DNA of 63,992 bases, filler included, from Reclinomonas americana ATCC 50394 (Eukaryota), in NCBI GenBank assembly GCA_048213135.1. It is 15 parts of 15 records of this genome, joined end to end, with 100 filler letters (N's around TTAATTAATTAA, not from the genome) between each part and the next. Parts side by side here need not be neighbours in the genome. Positions count along the whole stretch, not along the records: positions 45,837 to 53,283 come from AFZH01019773.1; positions 53,384 to 55,949 come from AFZH01019775.1; positions 56,050 to 58,040 come from AFZH01019776.1; positions 58,141 to 62,259 come from AFZH01019777.1; positions 62,360 to 63,992 come from AFZH01019812.1; 10 more parts are not named here. The stretch is one strand, 5' to 3'. The first letter of the stretch is position 1. Each line of letters begins with the position of its first letter. The position numbers were made by a program, and so were the translations under genes. The notes beneath the pieces were generated by a model. The model was not told the DNA's origin, did not search any database, and saw only the letters and a list, made by a program, of their open reading frames with translations. This document shows, in pieces, positions 49,901 through 62,405 of the stretch.

Positions 49901-51924
49901 GTCACACAGTTTTTTGTCGTTCTCTCCGATGGCTACAAAATGCACAAAGCACAGTGTGTCCATGTGTCAGTGAGTTTGACGAAGCAGCGCACCACGCGCA
50001 CATTGACACAGATCTACAGCAAACGTACCGGTACGGAAGGCGTCGAATACATCGCGAATGGCGTGAGGCCTGGGGTTTGCAAAGTCGTGAATGAGCGGCG
50101 GGTTGTTCACCTTGCATATCACTGGCTCAGTCATGTGCGTCAGCCGCCAAGTTGCATGGGAAAGCTTGATCAGCCAGTCATCACAGCTCGAATACGAATG
50201 CGTTCTTGAAGCACGTGCAAACTCGCATGTATCACCAGCAGAATTGCAGTCGAGATTGGGCTCCGTTCTCCAGTACGTCAGCAACCACCAAGGCCACGCG
50301 CGAGAGAGCTTGATCATCCATTCCTCGAGCTTGGTAAACGGAGTATCGCTTTCCGACTTGTCCGGATCCACGTCTGGCCACCAAGCAGATGGCAAGTAGA
50401 TCGTGCTGAACAAGTATGCATTCGGAGGAATGCGTTCCGGTTCGTCGTCATAGACTTGAGCCTTGAGGCGCGAAACCTGCGCATGTGCGAGAGGTAACCG
50501 AGTCAGTCAGGTACACGGAAAGCAAGCGCTGTGAGTGTAAGGTTGCAATGACGCACGATCGCCGATGCCAGACTGTGTCCGTGAAGACACACACGATAGC
50601 CTTCGTATTCATGATCAGGCTGGTTGCGAATTTTGATCGCGTCGCCCAAGGCAACGTCGTAAGCATGATCAAAGCGCCACGGTACCATGGAACGGAAACC
50701 AAGGACCACAAGCAGGTTGGTCCACCAGTCCGTTGGCAGTAAAAATCGAGTTCCAGGAATGCACAAATTGATCTCGCGGAAGACAGGGTCGACCTGCAGC
50801 AAGACAACAACAACACCGCAGTTATTAATTTGCCGCAAACACTTGAGAAATGCAGCACAGCCGACTTGAGCGACGAAACTACAATAACATGCATGTCGTC
50901 GGCAGCCACCACCTTTAGCTGACGCAGCCAGTCGCGGACCCAGCCGATGGAGGAGTCCGTAATCTCTGCAAGATTGTCCTCCACCACCGATATTTTCTTC
51001 TGGTCGGTGAGCACAGTCAAGTCGGCCTTGCTGGCGCGGTACTCGTAGATTGCGTACGGCAGCGCAGCTAACGCAGCACGGTATTGTCGTGCAGCCATCA
51101 GGCTTGCGAGGAGTTCATCTCGAATGTGGGTTTGCAGTACATCCGTAACTTTTGTCACTTCGTCGGGCCATCGTTCTTGAGATTTCAGGGGGTCCGAGCG
51201 TGTGTAACGCCCTGCATCCGAGCGGCTGAAAAGCTTCATAGGAAGATGGATACCGATACTATTGGCAGCGAAAACCTGTGCATTGAACGAGGATTAAGCA
51301 GAACTGTGACTCTTGCTGTCAGAGCATTATCAACGCACCAGAACCCCAACACCCATCAGTTCAAGCGACAGCACGTGCATGACGACTTTGCCAACCAGTC
51401 CCAGAGCACCCACGGCAGCGTCGCGAGCAAGCAAAACACCGCCCGCGCCCAAGCGGATCATGAACCGCAACGTTGGTGGTGCCGACGGCCACCACCACTT
51501 GTCCGAAAGCCAGGCAGTGTTCACCATGATACGCTGATAAGTGGAGTTTGTGAGTATCATCATGCATACGTATACGCGCGCATATGTTTGTGAACTACCA
51601 AAGACAAACCTCCTTGAGTGACCACAATACCGACCACTTCAGCACTTTCGAACCCATCGCTCGCCAGCGACTCAGACGCGATAACGGCTCCGCCGCATTC
51701 TTGCCAGCGTCACTCTGTGTGGAGAACAGACGCAGCAGTGGCACGCGACTCGTGACGCGACCATGGATCGGGGGAGTGGAGAGGGGCGCGAGAGTGCGAG
51801 TGGAAATGTTGGCAACGAGTGGGGGACGCATCATCGATATCACACCACGCACGGCGGAGGTGGCACGCACAGCCACCGCGCGAGATGCATGCGCGGCGGC
51901 AGAGTGTATGAGCGCGAACATCAT
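46945..51924 (-). CDS. Putative mitochondrion-targeted alpha/beta-hydrolase (lipase-3-like) fused to kinesin-light-chain-type TPR repeats
   Basis: Exon 1 MMFALIHSAAAHASRAVAVRATS..RLFSTQ is presequence-like and is followed by a hydrophobic exon. Motifs LVVLGFRS and YRVCLHGHSLASAI (GHSLA at 50566-50580). The terminal >2-kb exon has 42-aa TPRs with LG..HP.T motifs. Confidence 0.7.
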
Positions 51925-52312
51925 GGTGGCAACCAATGAGGGGAATGCCGGCGCCGGTGTGCTCACCAAACAACGACCAGCAATGGTGAGGACGCGTGTC
52001 CGCCACTCATTTTTTTCATCCGCGCCTAGCCGCCACTCTCACCACCCACCAGCGAGCATCGTTCCACTGTCCGCGTACACACACACAGCATGGTGGCGCA
52101 AGGCGCGCTCATGACGTCAATATTCCTGCAATAAACGTTTCATGCAAATGGCACTTTCTCGCGCTGCACAAGCGAGTGAGCAAGAGGCACACACCGCCAT
52201 AAGCATTACTCACCACACCCACACACTGCAGCCACACCTCTTTCCCCTCACCACCACCGCAACCTTCACATGTCCCACACTCTGCGACGTTCCTTGCCTT
52301 CTCATCGCAACC

Positions 52313-54111
52313 ATGGAGGTCGCGCTGTGCGCCGCCATGGTCTCCGTCTCCCTCGCCCTCAGCGTCTACAACCGCCGCTTCCACACACCCCCAACCAACA
52401 CCAACAACAGCAACAGCAGCAAACACCGCGCGAGCAGCAAACGCACAGGCCTCCACACACCACTCACCCCACTGCACGTGGACACATCATCGCAGCAGTC
52501 GCCCACCTCCTCCTCCACCTCGCCTCTCGCCTCCTCCACTGCTGACTCACCAGCATCGCTGGCGTCATCGTCGGCCTCAGTGGACGGAGATGATGATGAC
52601 GACGAGGCCAAGTCCTCTGTGTCGTCATCAGCAGCAGTGCAGCAGCAAAAGGCGATGCCAGTGGCGCGAAAACAGCGACAAGAGCGCAAAATGCGACGCG
52701 ACTTTCTCCTCGCGTTTCTCATGTTTGCATGTTGCGGATGCAATCTCAATTTCGTTCTTCTTCTTGTGGATCGCCGACATCTCGACTCGTGTGTATATGT
52801 GTGCAGTGGCCGACACCATTCAGGGACCGTTTTACGCGGAAATGTGCACGTTCTTTGGGATTGCGTCGTTGCGCGAGGCGCAGACGCTGTTTGTGGTCGG
52901 TTACGCCAATCGGTACTTTGCAGTGGCGTTTTTCACGGCCGCCGTGCTGGCGCCGGTGATGGGACCTGTAGTTGACACGTAGTTGCGTGTGCGAGTGTCT
53001 ACATAAGGCGTTGCGTTTCGTTGCTGAGCAGCTTTGCGTAGTGGACGACGCAAGGGAGCGGTGGCGGCGTGCAGCTTGTTCGCCCTCGCCGCCGTGCTCA
53101 AGCACTCGCACAGTCTCACTGTTGGCTACGTGGGTCGGCTGATTGGTGGCTCGGCGGTGGCTCTCGGTCGTCTGTCGTTCGAGTCGTGGTTGTTGTCAGA
53201 GATGTACAATGTTGCGCAGGAGGGAAGGAGAAGAGAAAGAGAGAGAGAGAGAGAGAGGAGAAGAGAAGAGGAGTGGGGGAACGNNNNNNNNNNNNNNNNN
53301 NNNNNNNNNNNNNNNNNNNNNNNNNNNTTAATTAATTAANNNNNNNNNNNNNNNNNNNNNNNNNNNNNNNNNNNNNNNNNNNNCCGTTCTGTCTCTCTCT
53401 GCCTGTCTTGCCTCCTCCACCCTTCCCCTTCCCCTCCCCCCCCCCTTCCCCCCCCATCTCCCCCTCCCAGACCGCCGCCTCTTCGTCGGCATCTTTGTCG
53501 GCGCCATGGCCCAATCCTGCATCATCTTCTTCCTCTTCCTGTGGATGCCATCGCTGATGCGCCCGGGCAGCGCCACCGCCGTGCTCACCACCACCAGCCC
53601 CGTCAGCCCGCTCTTCCTCTTCGCCTCGGTCATGGGCGCCGTCTCCATTGGCGCGCAGCTGCTGGTGGTGGCCTCGGAGCGCTCACTGCTGCCACTCGAC
53701 CGCCTTCCACTCATCCCGTGGGTGGCCAGCACCACCAGCTTCCTCCTACTCACCTTCAACCCCGGCTACAACCTGGCGCTACTGCTCACGCACGTCGTCG
53801 CCATGTCGGTGGGCGCGCAGTGGGTGCTAATGCCCACGCTGCGCGCCGCACAAGTGCCCGACCCGCTGCGATGCACGCTACTCAGCCTGTCGCACCTGGT
53901 CAGCGGCCTCCTCCTCGCCTTCCTCTTCTCCTACAAGCTCGGCCACACCTCGGTGGAGACGCTGTGGCGGTGGCTCTTTGCGATGAACCTGCTCAGCATC
54001 GGCGGGCAGTACTGGGCCTCGGCGCGCCTCCCCCAGGCGCCCTTCAGTCCCGTGTTCTCCGTCGCCGGTGCCGCCACGCGGCCACTGCGGCAGGGGCATC
54101 ATGATTTGTGA
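52313..54111 (+). CDS. MFS transporter, MFSD5/MOT2 (molybdate-anion transporter)-like; spans one gap
   Basis: ADTIQGPFY, GPVVD..GRRKGAV, LKHS..VGRLIGG..LSFESWLLSE, followed by a multi-TM C-terminal exon. Confidence 0.8.
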
Positions 54112-54350
54112 GTGAAGAAGAAAAGAGTGTGTGTGTAACTGCAGAAGGGGGAGATTGAGAGGGAAGGTCGAACAGTGCCTGTTTCGATATCGATATATCG
54201 AATACCACGCAGTGCGTTCCACGCATCCAATGTGCACTCGCGATCGCCGTGTGCACACATACTTGTGGTAGTCAAGCGGACTGGTGACAACGTGGCCGAA
54301 CTGGTGTATGGCCGTTCACCTCAGGTGCGTCGAAGCAGTGACGACATGGA

Positions 54351-54826
54351 CAACAACAACAACAACTTTACTAATCCAAACAGCAACACAGCTGCATGAT
54401 GATCATCAGCTTCGCTTGCTGTCGAGCGCCACGACCATTACATCCGGTCGACGCATTGCGGTGCCGTTGCCAGGATCAACAGGCGGCAGTGACAACTCCC
54501 GTGAGAAACACCATCATCAGCGACAACCACTCGACTGCACCTCAGCTCCTTCCCGGACTTACTTGCATGTTGCCTGGCTATGTTGGTTTTTCCTATATGT
54601 TCTGACACCAACACCTCTTGCTCTCTTTCTCGTTTCCTTTGTGGAATTCGGCGTCAAATCCATGCTTGTCATGAGCCGTGGTTTCTCTTGGAGAAACGCC
54701 AGCATTAGCCATCTCGACTTTTTCTCTTTTTTCCGTGATCACGTGATGTCTCAGTTTTTGGTGCTCACTCAAGATGGTGATCATCATGCAGCTGTGGTGC
54801 TGCCTGGCATATCAAAGTTGTTGTTG
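54351..54826. mobile_element. Candidate MITE-like element bounded by ~50-bp imperfect inverted repeats
   Basis: caacaac..cagcaacacagctgcatgatgatc (54351-54404) versus gatcatcatgcagctgtggtgctg..aaagttgttgttg (54779-54826). The same motif is dispersed elsewhere in the window. No TSD established. Confidence 0.45.
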
Positions 54827-55207
54827 CTGTTGAGGTTGCTGTTGACGATCGCTGCGATCAAGCCCCATTTTCTCGAGACCTCGACGTTCGAATCCGAATT
54901 CGTTTTCTTGCAATTGCTGTTTCCGTGCCATCTCAGTTTCCGGCGCCCACTCAACATGCTGATCCTCATGCACCTGTGCTACTGCTTGACTTACTAAAGT
55001 CGTTGTTGTTACTTTTGTTGTCGACATTTTCTCGACGTTCTCTTGCAATTGCTGTTTCTGTGCCATCTCAGTTTCCCGTGCCCACTCCACAGGCTGATCC
55101 TGTGCAGCTATAATCCGACTTACTTTTGCTTGGAAATGTTGCCGACAATCGACGTCGTATCGTTCGCCGGCAATTTTCCCGCGCAAATCACCATTCACCC
55201 CTTTCCC

Positions 55208-55733
55208 ATGCGACGCGGTCGTTCCACCGCCAAAGACGCGGCCGCCGAGGCCTCCACGCCCACCGACGGCGACAGCAGAGAGGACGACACTGAGCAACAA
55301 CAGCATCAACAACTGCAGCAGCAGCAGTTTGCGGAGGATGAGGGCGAGGAGGAGGAGCCGTCGCAGATCGACCCCACGCTGCTCAAGCCCGCCATGGTCG
55401 ATGATGATGCGTCGGGAGGCTGGTATACTATCTCGGCGGTGGTCGGGCATCGTGTGAGGGTGAGAGCGTGGAAGGGGGGGAAGGGAGGGAAGGGAGAGAG
55501 AGTGTGTGTGTGTGTCTGTGAAAGTGTGTGAGAGAGAGAGAGTGACGTGTGTGGATGTGTGTGTGCAAGAGTGTATGTGTGTGAGAGAGAGAGTGAGTGA
55601 TAGAGTGTTTCTGCGAGAGTGTGAGAGAGAAAGAGAGTGACGTGTGTGGATGTGTTTGTGTGCAAGTGTGCTTGTGTGTGCAAGAGTGTGTTAGAGTGTG
55701 TGTGGATGTGTGTGTGCAAGAGTGTATGTGTGT

Positions 55734-55771
<38 letters not shown>

Positions 55772-55856
55772 TGATAGAGTGTTTCTGCGAGAGTGTGAGA
55801 GAAAGAGTGACGTGTGTGGATGTGTGTGCAAGAGTGCTTGTGTGTGCAAGAGTGTG

Positions 55857-55949
<93 letters not shown>

Positions 55950-57244
55950 NNNNNNNNNNNNNNNNNNNNNNNNNNNNNNNNNNNNNNNNNNNNTTAATTA
56001 ATTAANNNNNNNNNNNNNNNNNNNNNNNNNNNNNNNNNNNNNNNNNNNNTCTCTCTTCGTCCTCGTTGTTGTACGCTCTCTCTCTCCTCCTCCTCCTCTC
56101 CTCCTCTCTCTCTCTCTCTCCCCTCTTTCTCTCTCTCTCTCTCTCCTCTGTCTCTCCCCCTGCGCAGTGGATCGCGCAAGCCGACGTGCAAGCCGACGAG
56201 AAGCTGCAGGAGTACATTAGCACGCTGACACCGGCACAGGCGGCGGAGGTGGATCCCGAGGGTCGGTTCAAGCGAGCGGCCAGGCCGCCGCCCCCGCCCC
56301 CGGCGCCGCCTGCTCGCCCGCTGCAGCCGTCGCAGGGAGCGGGCTCCGACGTCGACTCGCACCGCAGTGGAAAGCGTGGAAAGAAGGGTGCTTCTTCTGC
56401 CGCCGCTCCCGCTCCGGTGAGTAAGGCCTCGCAGCAGAAAAAGCCGGCCAAGAGCAGCAGCAGCAGCAGCAAGGCACCCGGTGCGCTGACGAAGATGATG
56501 AAGAGGACGACGAAGCGCAAGACGGCGAGGAGCGGCAGGAAGTCGCGCGCGTCGAGCTCGTCGGAGAGCGATTCGAGCTCCAGCAGCAGCAGCGGCGGCG
56601 ACGATGCGGAGGACGAGATGGAGGAGGATCAGGAGCCGGAGGAGGATCGGCGTGAAAAGCAGCGTCGCAAGCCGGCACCACCACCACCGCCACGCGCCGC
56701 CCCCAAGAGCGCCAGCCAGGCCACATCCGGTCGCCGTCGCTCCACGCGCGCCGCCGCCGCGCCACAGCCGGCGACGGAGGAGGAGCTGGACCTGGGCATC
56801 AGGCGCCGTTCCACTCGTGTCGCCGCGGCATCGGCCTCGGCCGCACTGCGCGGCAGCGGCGACGACGACTCGGACGACGCGCCAGCCAAGAAGCGACAAA
56901 AGACGGCGCCGGCCAAGAGGACACCACGCAAGAAGCGCCTGCCGCGAATCATCAAGCCGTCCGAGCGCGTCTCGTCGTGGACCTCCGACGACATGTTCTT
57001 TGTCGACTCGATTATCGCCACGCGCGCTGCCACCGTTGCGTTGTCACCCTACCCCAGGCATGGAAGGGCATGGGGTGGTCACTTACAAAAAATCGTGCAG
57101 GCGGCAGAGGGCGGTGGCCGCATGGTGCTCATTCGCTGGGAGGGTTACTCGTCGGGCGACGACACATGGGAGCACGAGTCGGTGCTGGCCAACTACCTCG
57201 TCGACTCGGACGACAATATCATTGGCCCGGCCACCGAGGAGTGA
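55208..57244 (+). CDS. Protein with two chromodomains separated by a long K/R/S-rich linker; spans one gap
   Basis: First chromodomain WYTISAVVGHRVR|gap|WIAQADVQADEKLQEY. Second FFVDSIIATR..VLIRWEGYSSGDDTWEHES. Confidence 0.8.
55860..55949. repeat. (GT)n microsatellite
   Basis: Pure GT run up to the gap. Confidence 0.95.
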
Positions 57245-57480
57245 CCAAGCAAAGAAAAAGCAGGAGGAATCTATCTGTGTGTGTTTTTTGGTGTGTGTGT
57301 GGTGTTTCCTTTTCAATGCTTCTCGCTGCTGCTGCATGGAGGAACGGGTGAGAAAAAAAGAAAGAAAGAAAGGGTGAGGGGGGAAATCGTGTCGCAATGT
57401 CGACACTGAAGAGAAATCGTCAATGAAATTGGACCGTCATTCATTCGAACACAAGTCGGAGTATTCTTTGAGTTTTTGAC

Positions 57481-58140
57481 ATGGCGCTGAGCGAGGTTTG
57501 TGTCTCTCAGTCTGTGTGTGTTTGTGTTTGTGTGTGTGACTGACTGACAGTGTGTGCACGCAGGAGTACATCAAGGCCGGGTGGCTGACCAAACAAGGTA
57601 ACAAAAAGTCACTCTCTCTCTGTGTTGCACTCTCTCACTCTCTCTTGCATGGATGCAGGCGGCAACTTTAAGAACTGGAAGAAGCGCTTCTTTGTTGCGT
57701 TTGCTCTCTCTGTGTGTGTGTGTGAGTGTGTGTGAGATGATTGATTGATTGCATGCATGCATTGTGATGTGTTGTATGTAGGTTCTGACGACGAAATCGC
57801 AACTCAAGTACTATGTGCAGCCGTCGGATTCGGAGCCGCGTGGTGTAGTGAGCTTGCCTCCGAGTGTGAGTTGGATGAGGGAAAGGGAGAGGCAAAGGAG
57901 AAGAGGGAGGGGAGAGAGAAGAAGCAGAGGGAAGAGAGGGAGACTGAGGAGAGAGGCAACAAGAGGGAAGAAGCGAGCATGCGAGAGAGAGAGAGAGAGA
58001 GAGAGAGGAGGAGGAGGAGGAGGAAGGAAGCGACGAAGTANNNNNNNNNNNNNNNNNNNNNNNNNNNNNNNNNNNNNNNNNNNNTTAATTAATTAANNNN
58101 NNNNNNNNNNNNNNNNNNNNNNNNNNNNNNNNNNNNNNNN

Positions 58141-58177
<37 letters not shown>

Positions 58178-59982
58178 TGGAGAGAGAGAGGCAACAAGAG
58201 AGAAGAAGAGAGCAAGCGAGAGAGAGAGAGGTGGAGGGAGGAGGAAGGAATGCAAAGCTTGAAGAGAACGAGAGGAACAGGCTTGAGCCGCTGTCGCACG
58301 GAAGCAGGAAACCTGAGTGACGCACAGAAGCGGAGAGAGAACTGGAGGCAAGCAGCGGAGGGAGCAGGAAGAGAGAAGAAAGAGAGAGGAGGGTATGCAG
58401 AGCTTGAAGAGAACGAGATGAGCAGACTTGGACCATTGACGTACATAAGCTGAGAGAGATAGTGAGAACGAGAACAGGCGCCAGGGGAGGAGAGAGAGAA
58501 CAAGAAAGGGTTTTCGCGTCCCAGTCTGTGCCTCCATTTGTCTCGCTCTCTCGCCACTTTCTCTCTCTCGCAAACATAGCTCTATACATCAGCGGTTCAT
58601 GCCTGGTCCTCTCGCTCTCTCACAGCTTCAATCTCTTACTCTGCATTGCGTCCTGAGAGAAGGAGCACAGAAAGCGCGAACAGGGAGAAAACAGAAACTT
58701 TTGGCAGAGAGGACTGTACTTGGCGCCGGGACTGTGAGGATCTGTGAGGAGGGACGAGGGACTCAGGGATACGTAATGCAGAAGAGGGAGACTTAGAGAG
58801 CGTATTGAGTTGAGAAACGTGCGAGACTCATGAAGCGGCATTGCATATCGGAGCAGAGTAATCCTTTTACAGACAGTTGCTTACTCGCTGTCCTTCACAT
58901 GTCGACAGGGCGATGTGAAGCGCGCCGACGACGAGATTGGCAAGGCGCTGTCGTTGCGGCTGCCGACGCAGAAAGGTCGCGTGTATTTCATGTACGATCA
59001 TGAGAGTTTCGTTGCTTCTCCCTTGTCCTCTCCTCTCCTCTCGCTTTCCCCTCCCGCCACTCACTCTCGTACATCGCAGACAAACCAGCAGACTCCGACA
59101 AGGAGGCCAACATCAGCGACTGGATTCTCAAGTTAAACGAGACCAGCTCGAGTTGGGTGGCGCGACAGACGCAGGCGTCGGGGCAGGCATATAGACCACC
59201 GACGACAGTGGTTGCTGATCAGATGGTTAGTCAACGAGACACTCTCCTTCCTCGTTCTCCAACACACTCACTCTTGTCGCGGTAGGTGGCGACAGCCGCA
59301 GCCTCGGGTCAGAGGCCACACATCGTGCCAACGACGCACGCCGTGGGCACTGTGGTGGCATCGCCGACGAGTCCCACCACATACGTACCGGTGCCAGTGG
59401 CACCGCATCTGCAGCCGGTGACCTTGGCGGCACCGGCCACCGCCGCTGCGCCATCGTATGGTTCGCAAAACTATCTCTGACAGACTTCCCGATGATTCGT
59501 TGTTCTCACCGGTCACCACAGGTGGCGGTGGCTTTGGTGCCGTCGCTCCGGCGCAACCGGCGGCCTACGGCGCCCCTGCGCCAGCTGCGCCGCCGACGTA
59601 TGCCTACGGAGCGCAGCAGACGCCAGCGTCGGTATACGGGTACGGTGCGCCGGCGTCGCCTCCGCAGCAGCCGGCGCCCGCGTACAATTATGAGGCCTCG
59701 GCGACCACCACTACTACCACCACCACCACGGCGTACGCGCAGCCGAACCTGCCGTCCTACCCGCCAATCTCAATGCCGGGACAGGGGCCGCCAAACCAGT
59801 ACGCTGCGTACTCGACGGCCTACGGAGGCATGAGCCAGATGCATGCCACACAGGCGCAGGCCGCCAATCCGCCGCCTATTGCTGGCATGTCAAACGCCGG
59901 TGCGTACCAGCCGTCTGGCAATCGCCCCGTGAATAGTGCGGGACCGCAGCCGGGAGCGTTTGGTGCCGTCAATCGCCAGTGA
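57481..59982 (+). CDS. N-terminal PH-domain protein with Pro/Ala/Tyr/Gln-rich tail; spans one gap
   Basis: MALSE|EYIKAGWLTKQG|GNFKNWKKRFF|VLTTKSQLKYY..EPRGVVSL..GRVYF..DWILKL, then a low-complexity tail. Confidence 0.88.
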
Positions 59983-60095
59983 GGTGGGAGGGATGTTGAG
60001 TGTGTTGGTCCTTGTCTCGCCGGCGATGTAAGGAATTTTTGTCAAGGAGGGCGCTACGTGTGTGCCTTTGTATGTTGTTTGGTGTTCAATTAATA

Positions 60096-61561
60096 TCATT
60101 GACAAATACACGCCGCCGGCTCGGGCTCGGTCAGCACTGGAATCGTGCGCAGTAGCGAGATTTTCTCGTCTTGTGGTGCGGGCTGTGCGAAAAAAGTGAG
60201 GTGCAGCAAGAGAAAGGGAAAGGAGGAGAAGGAGACGATGACGACGCAACCAGCAAGTAGCCCAGCCACTCGTTGAAGCGTGGGTCGCGGTCGGCCAGTG
60301 CGTTGAAATCGGCCTCGTTGAGTTTTCCGGAGGGGCTGCCGGTGGCCTGGTGGTGGGAGGGAAAGTAGGAAAGGGGGAGAGAGAGGGTGAGGGAGAAGGG
60401 AGAGGGAGGGAGGGAGAGGGAAGGGGGAGAGAGAGGGAACGGGGAGATGGAGGGAGATAGAGAGCAAGGTAGACAGACAGTCGGACAAGCAGGAAGACGA
60501 CAGAGAGAGAGAGAGAGACAGACACACACAGAACACACAAGAGAGACAGACAGCCACAAAGAGGGAGGGAGGGAGAGAGAGACTGAGACTGGCAGGCACC
60601 CAGAAACAGGCAGAGACACAAGAACACACACAAAACTAAGAGACAGACAGCCACAAGAACACAGACAGGCAGGCACACAGAACCATTCAGGCACAGAGAG
60701 ACAGACACACAGACACGCACACAGACGCACAGAGAAAGACAGGCAGCCACGGGGAGAGAGAGAGAGAGCAAGGTAGACAAACAGACGGACAGGCAGGTAG
60801 ACAGAGAGAGACAGGCACACAGAAAGACGTAGGCACAAGGAGACAGACAGGTCTCTCTCTCTCTCTCTCTACTCTCCTTGTCTGTCCAGCCAAGATACAC
60901 ACACACACGCACAGAGGCAGACCGACAGACACAGAAGGAGGACAAGTGAAGGAGAGGAGGGCTTCCAAACCAACACACCTCGGCAAAAAACCCAGTCAGC
61001 ACACGGTTCAACCCGGCCTCCACAAACGGCTCGAGCAGTGTATTCAACTCGTTCAACTCCTCCGTGTTCGACTTGAACGTCTGCGTCAGCGCATACTGCA
61101 CCACCACACCAACAATGTGTCACGAAACGAGAACAAACTCACGATCAATAACAATCCAAAAAAACCTTGAACTGCTCCATCTGGCCACGGTAGATGCGCT
61201 GCAAGTCGGTGAACGACACAAACTCGTCGCCATCCACATCCAGCATACGGAAGATCACTGCCAGCACATGCATGTGAGTGCACGCACACCTGAACGATTA
61301 AGAGTATGCAACGCACATGCTCTCCTCATTTCCGTGGAGCCCTGCATGCGCACCGCCTCGATTGTGATGTAGTCCTCCTGTCGCAGCACAAATCAGCGAG
61401 GCACGAATGGCGAGAGAGAGAGAGAGAGGATAGACACAACACGCAACAAAGCGCAGCATGTCCGTGCTCGACACGTCGCCGACATCAAAGCACCGCTCCG
61501 CCGGCATCACCACGTGTCGCCACTCCTCCAAATACAACTTCAAGAACGATTGTGTTGACAT
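60096..61561 (-). CDS. NCS/recoverin/calcineurin-B-like EF-hand protein ending in a CaaX-like motif (5' end missing)
   Basis: SFLKLY..ERCFDVGDVSSTDMLRF|EDY, IFRMLDVDGDEFVSFTDL, SGKLNEADFNALA..DP, and C-terminus AACICQ*. Confidence 0.75.
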
Positions 61562-61707
61562 CTGGAGAGCGAAGAAGAGTGAGCGACGGCAGGAAGCAGA
61601 GGGGAGGAGAAGAACGCACCGCAGGCATGCCATCCGAGGTTGCCGTGTCTGTTGAATAAGGGAAAGTGAGTGATGAACAAGCATCATGACTCGCTCTCTC
61701 TTCTCCA

Positions 61708-62171
61708 GAGCTTGAGAAACGAGCAATGCCTTGAGAGACAGACAGAACAGAAAGCAGGGTCTCTCTCGAGCTTGAGAAACGAGCGATGCCTCCAGCGTGC
61801 AAGAGAGAGAAAGAAGAAAGGCGAAGTTCTTCTCTCTTGAGCTTGAGAAACGAGCGATGCCTTGAGAGACAGACAGAACAGAAAGCAGGATCTCTCTCGA
61901 GCTTGAGAAACGAGCGATGCCTTCAGCGTGCAAGAGAGAGAGAGAAGGAGAATGGTGAAGCTCTTCTCCTGAGCTTGAGGAACGAGCAATGCCCTGAGAG
62001 ACAGAGAGAACAAAGCAGAAACGCATTGATCTCTCCCGAGCTTTAGGAACGAGCGATGCCTCCAGCGTGTAAGAGAGAGAGAGAGAAGGAAGGTGAAGTT
62101 CTTCTCTCTTGAGCTTGAGGAACGAGCGATGCCTTGAGAGACAGAGAGTCTCTCTCGAGCTTGAGGAACGC
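61708..62171. repeat. Higher-order tandem repeat: 23-bp core GAGCTTGAG(A/G)AACGAGC(G/A)ATGCC x8 with alternating A/B linkers
   Basis: Cores at ~61708, 61768, 61839, 61899, 61971, 62038, 62111 and 62157 (last one partial). Confidence 0.85.
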
Positions 62172-62405
62172 TTGAGTTACATGATTGAACGCCCAAGTCA
62201 TCGCCTAAACAGCTTAACCCGACGCCTTAAGGTGTTGCCTCTCTCTCTCTCTCTCTCCTNNNNNNNNNNNNNNNNNNNNNNNNNNNNNNNNNNNNNNNNN
62301 NNNTTAATTAATTAANNNNNNNNNNNNNNNNNNNNNNNNNNNNNNNNNNNNNNNNNNNNAAACAGGCACAATTAAAAAACTACATTGTTATTATGTTATC
62401 GTTAC

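Noticed and set aside
61708..62171. CRISPR array
   Set aside because: The spacers are not unique (two alternating related types), there are no cas genes, and the context is eukaryotic.
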